From Octopus sinensis (taxonomy: Eukaryota), in NCBI RefSeq assembly GCF_006345805.1, contig NW_021831869.1:1-63450 (forward strand): a stretch of DNA of 63,450 nt, read 5' to 3'. Below the pieces are notes generated by a model. The model did no database searches, had not been told where the DNA came from, and saw only the letters and a list, made by a program, of their open reading frames with translations. Made by a program: the position numbers and the translations under genes. The stretch's first letter is position 1. The number at the start of each line of letters is the position of its first letter. Shown in pieces: positions 42,334-55,894 of this stretch.

Positions 42334-42550
42334 AAGGCGGCGAGCTGGCAGAATCGTTAACTAGCCGGGAGAAATGCTTGGCGGCATTTCGTCTGTCTTT
42401 ACGTTCTGAGTTCAAATGTCGCCGGGGTCGACTTTGCCTTTTATCCTTTCGTAGTCGATAAATTAAATACCGGTGAAACACTGGGGCTGATGTAATCGAC
42501 TTACACCCGCCCCAAAAATTTTAGGCTTTGTGCTTATAATAGAAAGGAAT
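42334..42550 (+). mobile_element. SINE family A, older subfamily, full length
   Basis: GGCGGCGAGCTGGCAGAATCG head through TTTGTGCTTATAATAGAAAGG tail. Confidence 0.88.
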
Positions 42551-43034
42551 ATTTGTACACAAGCTTGTGTGCGTAGTTTCGTGTGAGTGTGTGTGTGTGT
42601 GTGTGTTTGTGTGTGCTTGGTTTCTTACGTGTTTGCATGTGTGGTTATGATCATCAGTTTTGTGGTTGTATGGCATACGTGAAAGTACCTGTATGTATGT
42701 ATGTATGTATGTATGTATGTATGCATCAATTTATGTGTGTATGTACGTATGTGTGCGGTATTTCTGTGTGTATAGCCATGCTTTGGGCTTCGTATTTGTA
42801 ATTATTATGTGTGTGTATGTGGGTATCAAATACTGTTGTCAGTGGTGGTGATGGTGTTGCTGCTGCTGATGGTGATGATGAAGATGATGAAGACGACGAT
42901 TATGATTGTGAAGATGATGTTGATGTTGCGTGACGTGAAAATTCTAGCGGTAATAGTGTTGCCGGTAGTGGTGATAATGATGATGGCGATTCGTAATGTT
43001 GATATTTGTAAATGATGATGAATACAGTCATGGA

Positions 43035-43145
43035 CGTGTTGTATGTATGTATGTATGTATGTATGTATGTATGTATGTATGTATGTATGTATGTATGTAT
43101 CTATCTATCTATTTGTCTCCCTATCTATCTGTTTGTCTCATTCTC

Positions 43146-43194
<49 letters not shown>

Positions 43195-43340
43195 TTATCT
43201 ATCTAGCTATCTATCTATTTATTTGTCTGTCTATCTATCTATCTATCTTTTTAACTATCAATCTCTCTATCAAGTTATTTATTTATCTATCGTTCTTTTT
43301 ATACTATCTCTCTGTGTGTCTATCTATCTGTTTATCTATA
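43035..43340. repeat. (ATGT)n-(ATCT)n compound tetranucleotide array; similar arrays at 41010-41150 and 53135-53400
   Basis: Seen directly in the sequence. Confidence 0.9.
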
Positions 43341-44164
43341 TTTCTTAGTATGTCTAAGAGTACATGATTACACAAGAAATTTCCTGCTGAAATGGAAGCA
43401 GTACCCCCAGAGAATTCTTTCCCTCTCATCTCCCCACTCCCATGGCAGCCGTCGGGAATTTACTCCCTGACTATCAGCTGTGTTCTATTTCTCCCTCTAC
43501 AAGATCTCCAGCTGAAGATCTCATTTCTCAATGGAGTAAGAGAAAAGAAAACTCATTTCAAATTCATTTCACATAAAAGAAACAAGAATTTCAAACATCC
43601 TACCAAACATTACGTGAAGAACCTAAGAACCTAGCAAACTATTCTGTCGGAGCATCGGGTCGAATACCTTGCTGTATTTTATTATGACCTTCAACGCTCA
43701 GTTTTAACTTTCATCCTTCCGGGTAATACTTATATAAATCAAAATATTGTGTTGCTTAACCCCAGGTCAGCCTTTATTATATACCGTTCTTATGATCAAA
43801 GGCGTTCCTGCCATGAACATCTCGTTTTATGTTCAGCTGTTGAATATTCTAATTTTGATACAGCATTCTAGAAAGAAAGAGAAAAAGTGACTGGGTGGTC
43901 ATAATTCGAAAGCTATGATTATATAGTGTTCTTTATCAGGACTGATATGGGTCTAAACTAATGTTTTTCAAATTTTTTTGCCTGTGGACCCCTTTGATCC
44001 CTTTTTTTTTACTCAACTGGACCCCCATAGCCATTCAATGTTTAAATGAAATCCTATAACATTTTTGTTATTACATATTATAAGAAACACTATCAAAAAA
44101 TTTGTTGGAATAGTTTGTGAATTGTAGAAGTGTAACTATTCCATTGTACATACATTTTGATTTC

Positions 44165-45544
44165 AAAATTTGGCACAAGGCCAGCAAGTTCGAAGAAGGA
44201 GAAAAGTCGATTACATTGACCCCGGTGCTCAACTGGTACTTATTGTATCGACTCCAGAAGGATGAAAGTCAAAAGTCAACCTCGGCGAAATTAGAGCTAA
44301 GAACGTGAAGGCGGACAAAATGTCGCTACGTATTTTGTCCGGCGTGCTAACGATTCTGCCATCTCGCCCTTTATTGCACATAAATTTTAACAACAAATCC
44401 TTATATGCATCCCCTATGGCCATATGGACCCCGGTTGAGAGCCACAAAAACAAGACAATACACAGCAAACCCACAAGAGATGGCTGAGGAATTCTCGTCC
44501 CTGAGCGAAATCTCACCAGGGAAGAAATTTTTACCCACCCACAGACCAAATTTCTAAAAATCTACATCAAATACAAAACGAGACAAAGAATGTGTAATCC
44601 TCAACGTGTAAACAATAGTATAAAGTTACGTTCATATGTATTTGTAAAATTTAAACATTTGCATTTTTTTCTCGGCCCAGAGGCGCCCCCATAGAAATTA
44701 TTAGGAATTCGTACAATAATTCCCCACCTTCTGCATCACGCGTTCGATAGACCAGCCAGATATAGCAGTCAAATCTCCCTCAAATCACGCTGTAGCGCCT
44801 CTAAAGTGATAAAAATCCCTATTAAACATTGAAGTTCCTAGGGGAATAAATTACACCGACTGATAATAACAGTAAGAATGTAAATACTTTCTGCTATAGG
44901 AACAAGGCCTGAAAATTTAGAGTGAGGGTTAGTCGATTACATCGACCCCAGTACTCAACTGGTATTTATTTTATTGACTTTGAAAGAATGAAAGACAAAG
45001 TCGACATGAGGGGAATTCGAAACCAGAATCTGAAGACGGATGAAATACCGTTAAGCATTTAGTAAGTATTTAATAATGAAAAACGTACAAAATTAATAGA
45101 AAACAGAAAAACTTGTAAATGGTAGAGACACAGGAGGCGACGATGGTGGTAGGGGTGGTGGTGATGGTATTAATGGGTGTAGTAGTAGTCATAGTGGTAG
45201 TTGAGACTGATGGAGGGAAGGGACACGTGGTTCAATGCTAATAGACAAGGAATAATTTCATTACGTCAAGTATAACATTGGAGGGAAATGTTTTGATGTG
45301 CTTATCTTTAGATTTGATTTATTTTATTTAGATTAGACACACACGCACACATATACACACGCACACAAACACACACACACGCGCGCGTTTACTCTGTCTG
45401 ACTCTCTCTTTGTCTCGTTCATCCATACATACATGCATTCTTTTATTCTTTTACTGGTTTCAATCATTTGACTGCGGCCACGCTGAAGCACTACCTTTAG
45501 TCATCCGTACACACACACATACATACTTACATGCATGCCTGCAT

Positions 45545-45608
<64 letters not shown>

Positions 45609-46540
45609 ATAATAACAAAGGGTGAAATTAATTAATTAAGAAGTAATCAGTAATTTCACCAAGTAGAATTCGGCATGAAAAGGACCATTTCATGGTAAGT
45701 TTAAGTAATACTATATAATTAGGGTTCAGCACCGATTTGCTTCACTACATACCGAAGTTTAGAAATAGCAGTCAAAAAATCTTAGCTATTCCTTCTACTT
45801 TAAAGTATAATTATATAATACATACATACATATATAGTCCAACCTGATAGAATGTAGACGGTACCAAAGGACTTGGAATACATTCCTGCTCACTTCTAGG
45901 ATTGTGTAGATAGGGGCTCTAAGTTGAGCCACGTTTTAAAAACATAGGAGTGTATGGAAGTGGATTGTTGTTGTCTTTGATGTTACTGCTGCTGCTGATG
46001 ATGATGTCAAGCTAAATGTCAAAGACATAACACAACAACGTTTTACCCATTTGGGGTTAACCTTTCTGCGACATTGTGTACAATAAGATACAAAAGTAAA
46101 ACAAACATTTAGTTAAGATATTGATGACAGTGTTGATGATGGTGGTGATAGTAGTAGTAGTAGTAGTAGTAATAATAATAATGTTAATCCGATGTTTACG
46201 AAGGGGCTATATCGTACTAATGATGATCCTTTCTACAAAAGGTACGAGGCTTGAAATTTTGGGGGAGGGGACTAGTCGATTAAGGACAACGAAAGAATGA
46301 AAGGTGAAGTCGACCTCGGCGGTATTTGAACTCAGAATGTAGCGACAGGCGATATACCGCTAAGCATTTCATCCAGCGTGCTAACGATTCTGCCAGCTCG
46401 CAGCCATAATAATAATAATAATAATAATAATAATGGGTGTTTCAAATGTTGGCACAAGGCCAGCAGAAGTGTTATATCGATTACATCGACCTCAATTGGT
46501 GAACTGCTACTTAACTTCTATCGATCTGGAAAGGAGGTAA
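44165..46540 (-). mobile_element. Several minus-strand family A copies (~44165-44372, 44880-45065, 46225-46400, 46445-46540)
   Basis: Repeated GGCACAAGGCC, GATTACATCGACC and AAGTCGACCTCGGCG blocks. Confidence 0.8.
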
Positions 46541-46654
46541 AACAGACCCACATAAGATCCACTGAAGTAGCATTTGAAAGAATTTATCAAAATAAAATAT
46601 TTTATTTCGCGTTTGAAATAACACACACACACCACAACACACAAACACTCATGG

Positions 46655-46726
<72 letters not shown>

Positions 46727-48949
46727 CACACATATACATGCATGTTTGTGTGTGTGTATTTGCAACAAAGAATTTTACTTCTTACTCTATGTGTGTTTGT
46801 GTGTGTGTTGCGCCATGTAATCAAGCCGAGGGAACAAATTTATGAATTACATGACAAATGTGTTAAGAAACTCCACAGGGAATATCAATGTAATAAAACA
46901 ACCATTGTTTGCGCCATGTCAGCGTGGGTTGGGTTAGTGACCTGACAAGATGAGCGCCGGGTCTTTTGTATGTTTAGTATTTGTCTTTTGGTTGTAAAAG
47001 GATAGACTACATTTGACAGACCCTTATGAATTATCTCCAAATTCTCTTACTCTTGTCGTCGTCGTCGTCGTCGTCGTCTAACCCCGTTTAAGTAGTAACC
47101 CTCTATTCAAAGATATTCCCGCCACGATTCATATATTCAAGCAAACTGTAAGTTGGTCTGAAGTATACCGAACGTTTCTTTTTCTCCAAATGCGATGGAA
47201 CTATAAGAGTGACTTGGTTGCCTTTTCATGCAAGTTTGATTTCAGAAAATCGTTAGAATGTGTCCATTGAAATGCAATTCGAAGACACCTGATGTACATA
47301 ACTTTTCGCCCTCCCAACCCAAACTAAACCCGTTAGGTTTTAGTGCCTATATCATGCATAAATCACAGATAAGCAAAGAAGAAGCTATTGTCATCTTCTG
47401 TGGCGAAGACTTCTTGAACTGTACTCTCGTTACAAAAACACATTAAATGTCAAAAAATAGGTACTTTAAACGTATAATTCTTTAAAAAAATAAAAACAAA
47501 TATGTAGTACTATTCTCCCTACCAGCATGGCCGCAGTCAAATATTCGTTGCATTGCTGCCAGAATTTTCCTAAACTTTACAAATAAGTATTTCCACAATG
47601 ACTATATATAAGTTCTTTGTTAGAAGGTAACGTTAGAGGTGGCCACATTTTCACCACAAATTTTATTATTTCCTCGCTGAGAATAAACAGAAACTCTTTC
47701 CAGTATTGGCGGGCAAATCGCTCTGTTTGTAATATCAACAACGTTCATATTTAACAGTTCAGTGATGTGCATCATTCAAAAGCTTATCGAGCTAAGATCT
47801 AAATTGCAGATAACAATGTAACAAAAAGTTCAATATTGTTTACTAACCATTTTCTAAGCAGTTTTTCTTTTTCTTTTTTTTCCTTTTCTTTTTTTTTTCT
47901 TTTTGCAATATATGTAGACATTCAAACATTCAGAAAGACGTCTCATCATTCCAAATACATTCAGACTATAAGGAATGGCAATTCACTTATAACAATTGGC
48001 CATGTGTACTTCATTGCTTTCACGGTAGGTAAGGAGGTAGTGTGGAAGTAGGGCAATGTCAAATGGCAAATAGTACGTAAGTGTTAGAAGCAGAAGTAAA
48101 AGAGAGGTAAGATGAGATGAATGTATCTATCAATTTTTCAGTACACATACACGCACATATACGCGCGTGTGTATGTGTGTGTGTGAGAGAGAGAGAGAAA
48201 GAGAGAGAGATAGGGGAGAGAGGGAGATAATTTACGATATACATAAGTTTATATCACTTCTCCCTAGGTATGTTTTACCATTTAGTGAATACTCCATCTG
48301 TAATTAGATGTTTAACCACAACGGATCATCGGGGAACACTTTGTTTGTATTGTGTTCAAGAGATCTAATGCTATTTATAAATACTGATGAGAGTGAAGAG
48401 GATTCGTTGATGATGTTGTTTCCCAGCATTGCACGCACCGACCTACTCCAAATTGCAGAGGTGCATTCAGTACTGCAGTACAAATTTGCATGGAATTATT
48501 AAAAAAACAAAGTAATGGGTTCTTTCAATTGTCACATCACAACGGCCCAGGTTACCGAAGGAAAGACACAGACAAAATACAAAAAAGGAAAGTAATAGCA
48601 ATGCTCAACGGTATTTCGTCTGTCCTTACGTCCTAAGTTCAAATTCCGCTGAGGTCGACTTTGCCTTTCAACCTTCCGGGGTCGAGAAAATAATTAACAG
48701 AGCTTGATGTAATCAACTAGCTCCCTTCGACGAAATTGCTGGCCTTGTGCCAAAATTTATAAGTATTAATACTTTCTTTATTAGTCAAAAGGATTAACAG
48801 AAATATCGTTGTCTTTACAAAAGGGATTCCATAAAAATGTTTAAAGAATGGAAATTTTCTAACAATGGCTCTCTCTCACCAAAATTCATTTTTAGACAGA
48901 TTTCAGCCCGACTTCGTAGTTGTCGATCTTTGTTCCTACCTTCTCATAC

Positions 48950-48986
48950 TGCCACCATCACTATCATAATCATTATCACAATGATA

Positions 48987-49017
<31 letters not shown>

Positions 49018-49175
49018 ACACCACCACTATTACAACTACCACCACTACCGCATTCATCACAACCACCACCGTCACTACAACTATCTCCACAATCATCATC
49101 ACTACTACTACTACCACCACCAACACCACCATCACGATGTAGACCACCATTACTATTACTACTACTACACCATAA
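48950..49175. repeat. (ACC/ACT/ATC)n trinucleotide tract
   Basis: Seen directly in the sequence. Confidence 0.85.
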
Positions 49176-49909
49176 GTCCAAGAAAGTTCCATCTGCTAAG
49201 TTCGTTTCACCATCTCCATCTGTATATCTCACCACCCTCCCCACCAACACCCATCACCTTCATTCTCTACTCACCCGGCACCGCTATTGCAGACCCCTAC
49301 TACGAAGAGACCCTGCCATTCCAGACCCCAGTCGAAAACAAGACCCCTGCTATTCCATGAGCCTTCATTCTTCAAAGGGGCTCTATTGTTGTTTTTCCAC
49401 CTACAAACAGCGGACACTACAAACGTGTGTGCGTGAGAGAGAAAGAGAGAGAGAGAGGGCTGAGGTGCTGAATATTGTGTCATTGTATACACGTTTGAAT
49501 GAATGCGAATGGCCTACGTGGTATTGTTATTGGGTTCGTATGTGTGAGGGACAACATGCATCGTTTGTTGGCTGAACAACAATATTGTTGCTGCTGTTGT
49601 TGTTACTGTGTATTGGTTTATAAGAGAACACATAGTGAGACATAGTCTGTGTGCACGCACGTGTGTGTGTGTATGTGTACTTCTACAAGTGTGCTTTCGG
49701 GTGTGTATATAACAGTGATTGTCTAGGTATATGTACATGTATGCGTGTGAATTTATATTTGCACACACACACACTGCTTTCAAACCACATGGTTCCGGGT
49801 TCAGTCCCACTGCATGACATTTTTAGGAAAGCGTCTTCTACTATAGCCTCACACCGAATCAAGCTTTCTGAGCGAAATTGGTTGACAGAACTGAAAGAAG
49901 CCGTCGTAC

Positions 49910-49940
<31 letters not shown>

Positions 49941-50022
49941 ATATATAATATATATATATATATACACACATATACGACGGGCTTCTTTGATTTTATGTCG
50001 ACCAAATACGCCCAGAAAGCTT

Positions 50023-50053
<31 letters not shown>

Positions 50054-50526
50054 TATATATACACACACACACAGAAGTACATGCATCCATCTGTTACTAT
50101 GTTCTTAGAGTTCCTTAGTTCCTTTTAGCCATTGTCAAAGGGTGTATGTTTACATCTTTTGTCTTAATTGTTGGACCAACCTCTATCTTCGACCTTATAC
50201 CATCCATTGGTTGTAGGGCAAACTCTGTCGATCAGTCGGTCAATAAAACATTTGCTCTCTCTTTCTCATTTAGTGTCTATCTGTCTGTCCCTGTCTCTCC
50301 CTCTCTCTCTGTCTCTCTCTGTATGTATATAAATATATATATCTTTCTCTCTCTCTCCCTCAGTCCGTTTGTCTAGGGTGGGCGAAGGAGGAGGAGCTAT
50401 CGGTCAGCAGGGGTTATTGCCGGGAACTAAAAGGAAGGCGGAGTTCGTTTGATGACAGGTGTAGCTGCCTCCTGTCTTCAGAGAAAAGCAGGGGTCCAGA
50501 GGCTACCCGAGCAAAACACACACACA

Positions 50527-50557
<31 letters not shown>

Positions 50558-51071
50558 CAAATATATTGTATACACACGCGTGCATATATACTGGAAAACA
50601 AAAGAGTGTCTGAAGCCAGCACCGCCGATTCACGATCGTTCTTTAGAAGACACACCAGTCCACATCTCTACCCACGCAACTGCCACCTCACTAAGACTAC
50701 CACCACTATCACTACTACTGCTACTACTATTGCCACTCCGTCTCCACCATCCTCACTTGCTTCCAGATAGCGGTGCTGCTGCTGTACGTCTGTGTACCAA
50801 TAGGTACAGAAGCGGGCTGCGTTGGTTAGGTCTTTGATCATCACCCAGCGTCTTTTTGATCGACACACCGCCCGTCTGTGGTAGAGAACATGAAAATCGT
50901 CGGCCGTACGACCACGATGCAACGACGGAATCTTTAAAGCAATGTTTTTTAATCATTCTTTGTTTTTTTACCTATGGATCCCTTTGATTCTTATTTTACT
51001 CAGCTGCACCCCTCCCATAGCCATTCGATTTATATGCATACATACATACATATGTACAAGAGTAAAGAGTA

Positions 51072-51121
<50 letters not shown>

Positions 51122-51330
51122 TCTTTACTCTTTTACTTGTTTCAGTCATTTGACTGTGGCCACGCTGCAGCACCGCATTTAGTCGAGCAAATCGACCCCA
51201 GGACTTATTCTTTGTAAGCCTAGTACTTATTCAATCGGTGTCTTTTGCCGAACCGCTAAGTTACGAGGACGTAAACACACCAGCATCGGTTGTCAAGCGA
51301 TGTTGTGGGGACTAACACAGACATACAAAC
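51122..51330 (-). mobile_element. SINE family B 3' half, well preserved
   Basis: TTTTACTTGTTTCAGTCATTTGACTGTGGCC through CATCGGTTGTCAAGCGATG. Confidence 0.85.
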
Positions 51331-51384
51331 ATTTCGCTTGGCGTGCTAACGTTTCTGCCAGACCGCCGCCATAAAACGTGACAA

Positions 51385-51712
51385 AGTATTCTTTTCTACA
51401 CTAGGCACAAGGCCTGAAATTTTTGGGGAGGGGACCAGTCGATTAGATCGACCCCAGTACGCAGCTGGTACTTAATTTATCGACTCCGAAAGGATGAAAG
51501 GCAAAGTCGTCTTCGGTGAAATTTGAATTCAGAACATAAAGGTAGTGCTAATGTTTCTTATATCTTTATTGCCCACAAGGGACTAAACATAGAGGGGACA
51601 AACCAGGACAGACAAAGGGATTTAGTCAATTACATCGACCCCAGTGCGTAACTGGTACTTAATTTATCGACCCCTAAAGTATGAAAGTCAAAGTCGACCT
51701 CGGCGGAATTTG
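51385..51712 (-). mobile_element. Two adjacent family A SINE copies: older subfamily (~51385-51540) and young subfamily (~51554-51712)
   Basis: Both contain the reverse-complement core TTTATCGAC...AAAGTCG, but they have different 3' ends. Confidence 0.8.
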
Positions 51713-52540
51713 TAGTGTGTATGTGTGTGTGTAGTTGTAGATAAACTAGGAGATTAAGTTTCTAGATAAGGTCCATCTTCTGCCCCCTTCCTACCATAAG
51801 ACACCAGGTGACGTCTGTCAATTCGATTTCCATTCAATGTTAGGGGCATGTCCCGCCACTGAGTTCCACACACCAGCGTATGTATGCACGCATTTATGTA
51901 TTTATGAATGCATGTGTATATGTATGTGTACATGCATATAAGCTCGTACGTATGCATACACACACACACACACTCACACACACACACTCACACACACACA
52001 CAAAGACAACCACAAACACACGCACATACATGTGCCAACTATTTGCGCCATTTATTTTCATCACCGTTCTTGACGTTCGCTAATATATTCCCAGCAACAT
52101 TATGGCGTCGCTATTTCTACAAGGAATAATTGTTATGATTTTTGATGGATAATAGAAGAGGGAAGAACATATCCACATCTCGTGTGTGATTTTTCCATAT
52201 TCCTTTGTCGTTCTTCTGTGAAATGTTTGAATTTTATATATGCATATATTTATATATATATATGTCCTGGTCATTCTCTAACGTAGGTCTTATAAACGTT
52301 GGCCTTATTGATGGCACTCAATGAAATGATCCAACGCAGAGGGAAATACCTCGCATTTAGATACATGAAGCAGAGTATGATGTGTATGGATATCAATAAG
52401 CACCTTCTCTATACGCACAGTTATATTTCTTTTCCTCTGATTTCCCTCTCTTTCTCTCTCTATCTATCTACCTATACATCTATCTATATACATACATATA
52501 TACATGTCAAGTTATTACTCAATGAATACAATTTCTATGG

Positions 52541-52595
<55 letters not shown>

Positions 52596-53133
52596 CTATA
52601 TATATATAATATATATATATATATATACACATATATAGGTATGTATACTCACGCACAGAACGTTACAAATAGAGTGAAGGTGGAGAGACGGGGAAAGAGC
52701 TAATAAGAGAAAAGAGTGATGGAAAGCGAGAGAGAGAGAGAGAGAGAAGCAGAGGGGCAAAGAAAATAAGAAAGAGAAGAAAATACGGCTTCAAGAGAGA
52801 ACTTAGTCTTTTACATACAGAAGTCTTTCCTCGTAGGTCTACTCTAACAAAGCTGACCAGTTCCAAGCAAAACAAGAACATATATAAACGTTTCCAACCA
52901 ACGTGGAATCATTTTTAGAAATTTACACAGTATTTCTTCAATAATTCTTCCTTTCATTTTGGTATATTCCACTATATTTGTCCTTACTTCCATACAGCAT
53001 ACTAAATAATGGCTATGTATGAAATTCTATGACACTGTTAAAAACTGTATATTTATAATAGCTTTTAGCGCTAATATAGCTATCCTCGTTCCCTACCTCA
53101 ATCGATCCGTCTATCTATAATCTATAATCTATA

Positions 53134-53235
<102 letters not shown>

Positions 53236-53244
53236 GTATCTATT

Positions 53245-53281
<37 letters not shown>

Positions 53282-53458
53282 GTCTGTCTGTCTGTCTGTC
53301 TGTATGTATGTATGTATGTCTATCTATGTATCTATTTGTCTGTCTATCTATCTATCTCGCTCTCTACGTGTGTCTATATATATGTATGCATGTATGTATA
53401 CACATACATACGTATATTAACAATATATAAGTGTATATATGTGTATGTATATATATAT

Positions 53459-53503
<45 letters not shown>

Positions 53504-53886
53504 CTTATGTACATGTATATACTGACGGCTCACCATTTATCTATCTGTTTGTCTGTCTGTTTGTATGTTTGTTTATCACTATATATCAGTCAGTCTCTTA
53601 ACACACACACACACACACACACAGAATCACACATATATGTATATCACAACATAATGTGTGTGCATATCTGCAATTTCGATTGTCGTATTTTATACAAAGT
53701 ATAAGTATACGTTTCTCCCTCCCCACCCACCCACCCTCTCTCTGTCAGTGCGCACGCGTAATGGATTAGTTTTGTGTACGTTCGTGATATTTATCACACT
53801 GTCAGATCCTCGTTCCGGCATGGGAAAATAAATATCACTGACATTATATATGATAGCTCTTTTTTGCAGAACACACACACACACAC

Positions 53887-53931
<45 letters not shown>

Positions 53932-54227
53932 TTATAGATCCATTCCAGCCTAAACCCACACGTATTTATATATGTATATTCCGAAGCGTGTACAGTGGAT
54001 ATTTTGCGCGCGCTGCGTGTAAATTTGAATTTAAATCTTGACGGTTTATAAGTCGCATGCTATCATTACCTACCGTCTAAAATGGCGGCCCTCTCTATTT
54101 GTTATAAGATCAATCATCTCAGCACACAGTTACATAACTGGTATATCATTAATCGTTTGATATGGTCAGGGTTATCTGCATATGGAAAGAAATGCCTTAA
54201 ACCTTTTCTCGATCAGGAACACCACAC

Positions 54228-54278
<51 letters not shown>

Positions 54279-54467
54279 TTATATATATATATATTAGTAC
54301 AGGGAAACATATATACACCATTCTGCTTAAATAATGGAAAACTGCAAATACAATATCCTTACTTATCTCACGTCTGTTTTCATTCTTCCACTTCACTCTG
54401 TATTTCATATCTTCTCTATAAAAAAAATCCTACTTTTCTCTTAATAACTGCCACATTTTCTCGCACT

Positions 54468-54515
54468 GTCTCTGATGAAGGGATTTATAAAATATCCTGG
54501 AAACAGCTGTAAGAC
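54468..54515 (+). ncRNA. Minimal type I hammerhead ribozyme motif, Penelope-like-element type
   Basis: GTCT-CTGATGA-A-GGGAT-(loop)-ATCCT-G-GAAA-C-AGCT-G-T-A-AGAC. Stem I is GTCT/AGAC, the core CTGATGA and GAAA are intact, helix III is 2 bp with a palindromic AGCT loop, and the cleavage triplet is GUA. Confidence 0.75.
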
Positions 54516-55894
54516 CATCTTTATAAATGTTCTGAAAAATATTTACAGTCTTGGATTTTTTTTATCTCATATATATATATATAATATAATATATATATAT
54601 AACTATATATATACACACAAAACAAACACGGGCTCGAAACGTCAAAGACTTTTTCATTTTTCATGAGCGTGAAACTAATACACCTCGCCTGTTGCTCCCT
54701 CACCTGTCTATTCTGTTTTTGCTTTGTTTTAGGGTTTTTTTTTGGTGGGGGTGTACAGTTTTAGACCATATTCAAACACACACACACACGTGAGTGTGTG
54801 TATGTATATAATATAGTAATATATTTCAAACGATTAATCAGCGTCTTAGGAGTGTTGATTTTGCTGCTGCTCATGAGGAGGAGGAGGGGGAGAGGGGGGA
54901 AGACGACGACGACGACGACGACGAAGATATTAAGAATGGGATTACTGGGAAAAATTACGAGGATAAGGGTGGAAGCAGAGAATTCCAATTTTGTCGTAAG
55001 AAGAATATTTCCTTTTTCTTCCGTCATCACCATCAACACACCATCAGCACCACCACCATCAACACCACCACCAACTCCACCACAACCTCCGACACCACCA
55101 ACATGACCAACACTACCACCACTACCACCACCACCAACATCAACAACAACAACAACAAACAATAAATATGGAAGTATTTAAAAGAAAAGAAATAAAGCTA
55201 ACAAATTTAACCCCACCCCTACCATACTCCGTTTAAAGTAAACTGAATTAAACAACAACAACAACAACAACAACAGACGAATGTAAGAAACAGTAAAAAA
55301 AAGAAAAGAAAAGAGATTATTTAAACAAAACAAATACAATCTGTAAAAGTCGTCTGCTTGTTTGACTTCAATATTTTGGCTGGAAGCCATTTCTTTGGTT
55401 CAACGAGCTTTTAATAAAGAAGTTAAACCAATCAAATTGACTCATCTAGGAAAGGCAAATAAATAAATAAATAAATACTTTAATATGGTTGCTGTTATTG
55501 CTATCGTTTGTGTTGTTGTCGTTGTTGTTGGGTGTGTATTGTTTTTGTTATTTCTATTGTTTTCATTTTTGTTGTGTATTTTTTTTTTACTTTTCTTTTA
55601 AATTTTGTTTGTCTTATTCAATTTTGTTTGCCTACCTTGTTTGGTTTATAAACGGTGTCTTTTCATTATGACCTCCCACAATAACACCCTCCCTTATTAA
55701 CAATAATGAGGTCTTTTTTTCATTAGGGCGGCCCAATTTACACATATTACTGGTAGCAAAGGGGGAGTAAGCAAGACGACAAAACGAAAATATTGCAAAG
55801 AAAGCATTCAGTCATGCGCGTCATAGTATCATTCATCTATGTATCCTTGCAAAATATCACTGCAACCAAACATAATAATAAAATAATAAATAAT

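Noticed and set aside
47660-47810. Possible hAT C-terminal dimerisation remnant (FPVLAGKSLCL)
   Set aside because: The resemblance is too short and interrupted to call without an HMM search.
50775-50830. Possible pre-miRNA hairpin (TCTGTGTACC-AATA-GGTACAGA)
   Set aside because: The stem is too short and no known miRNA sequence was recognised.
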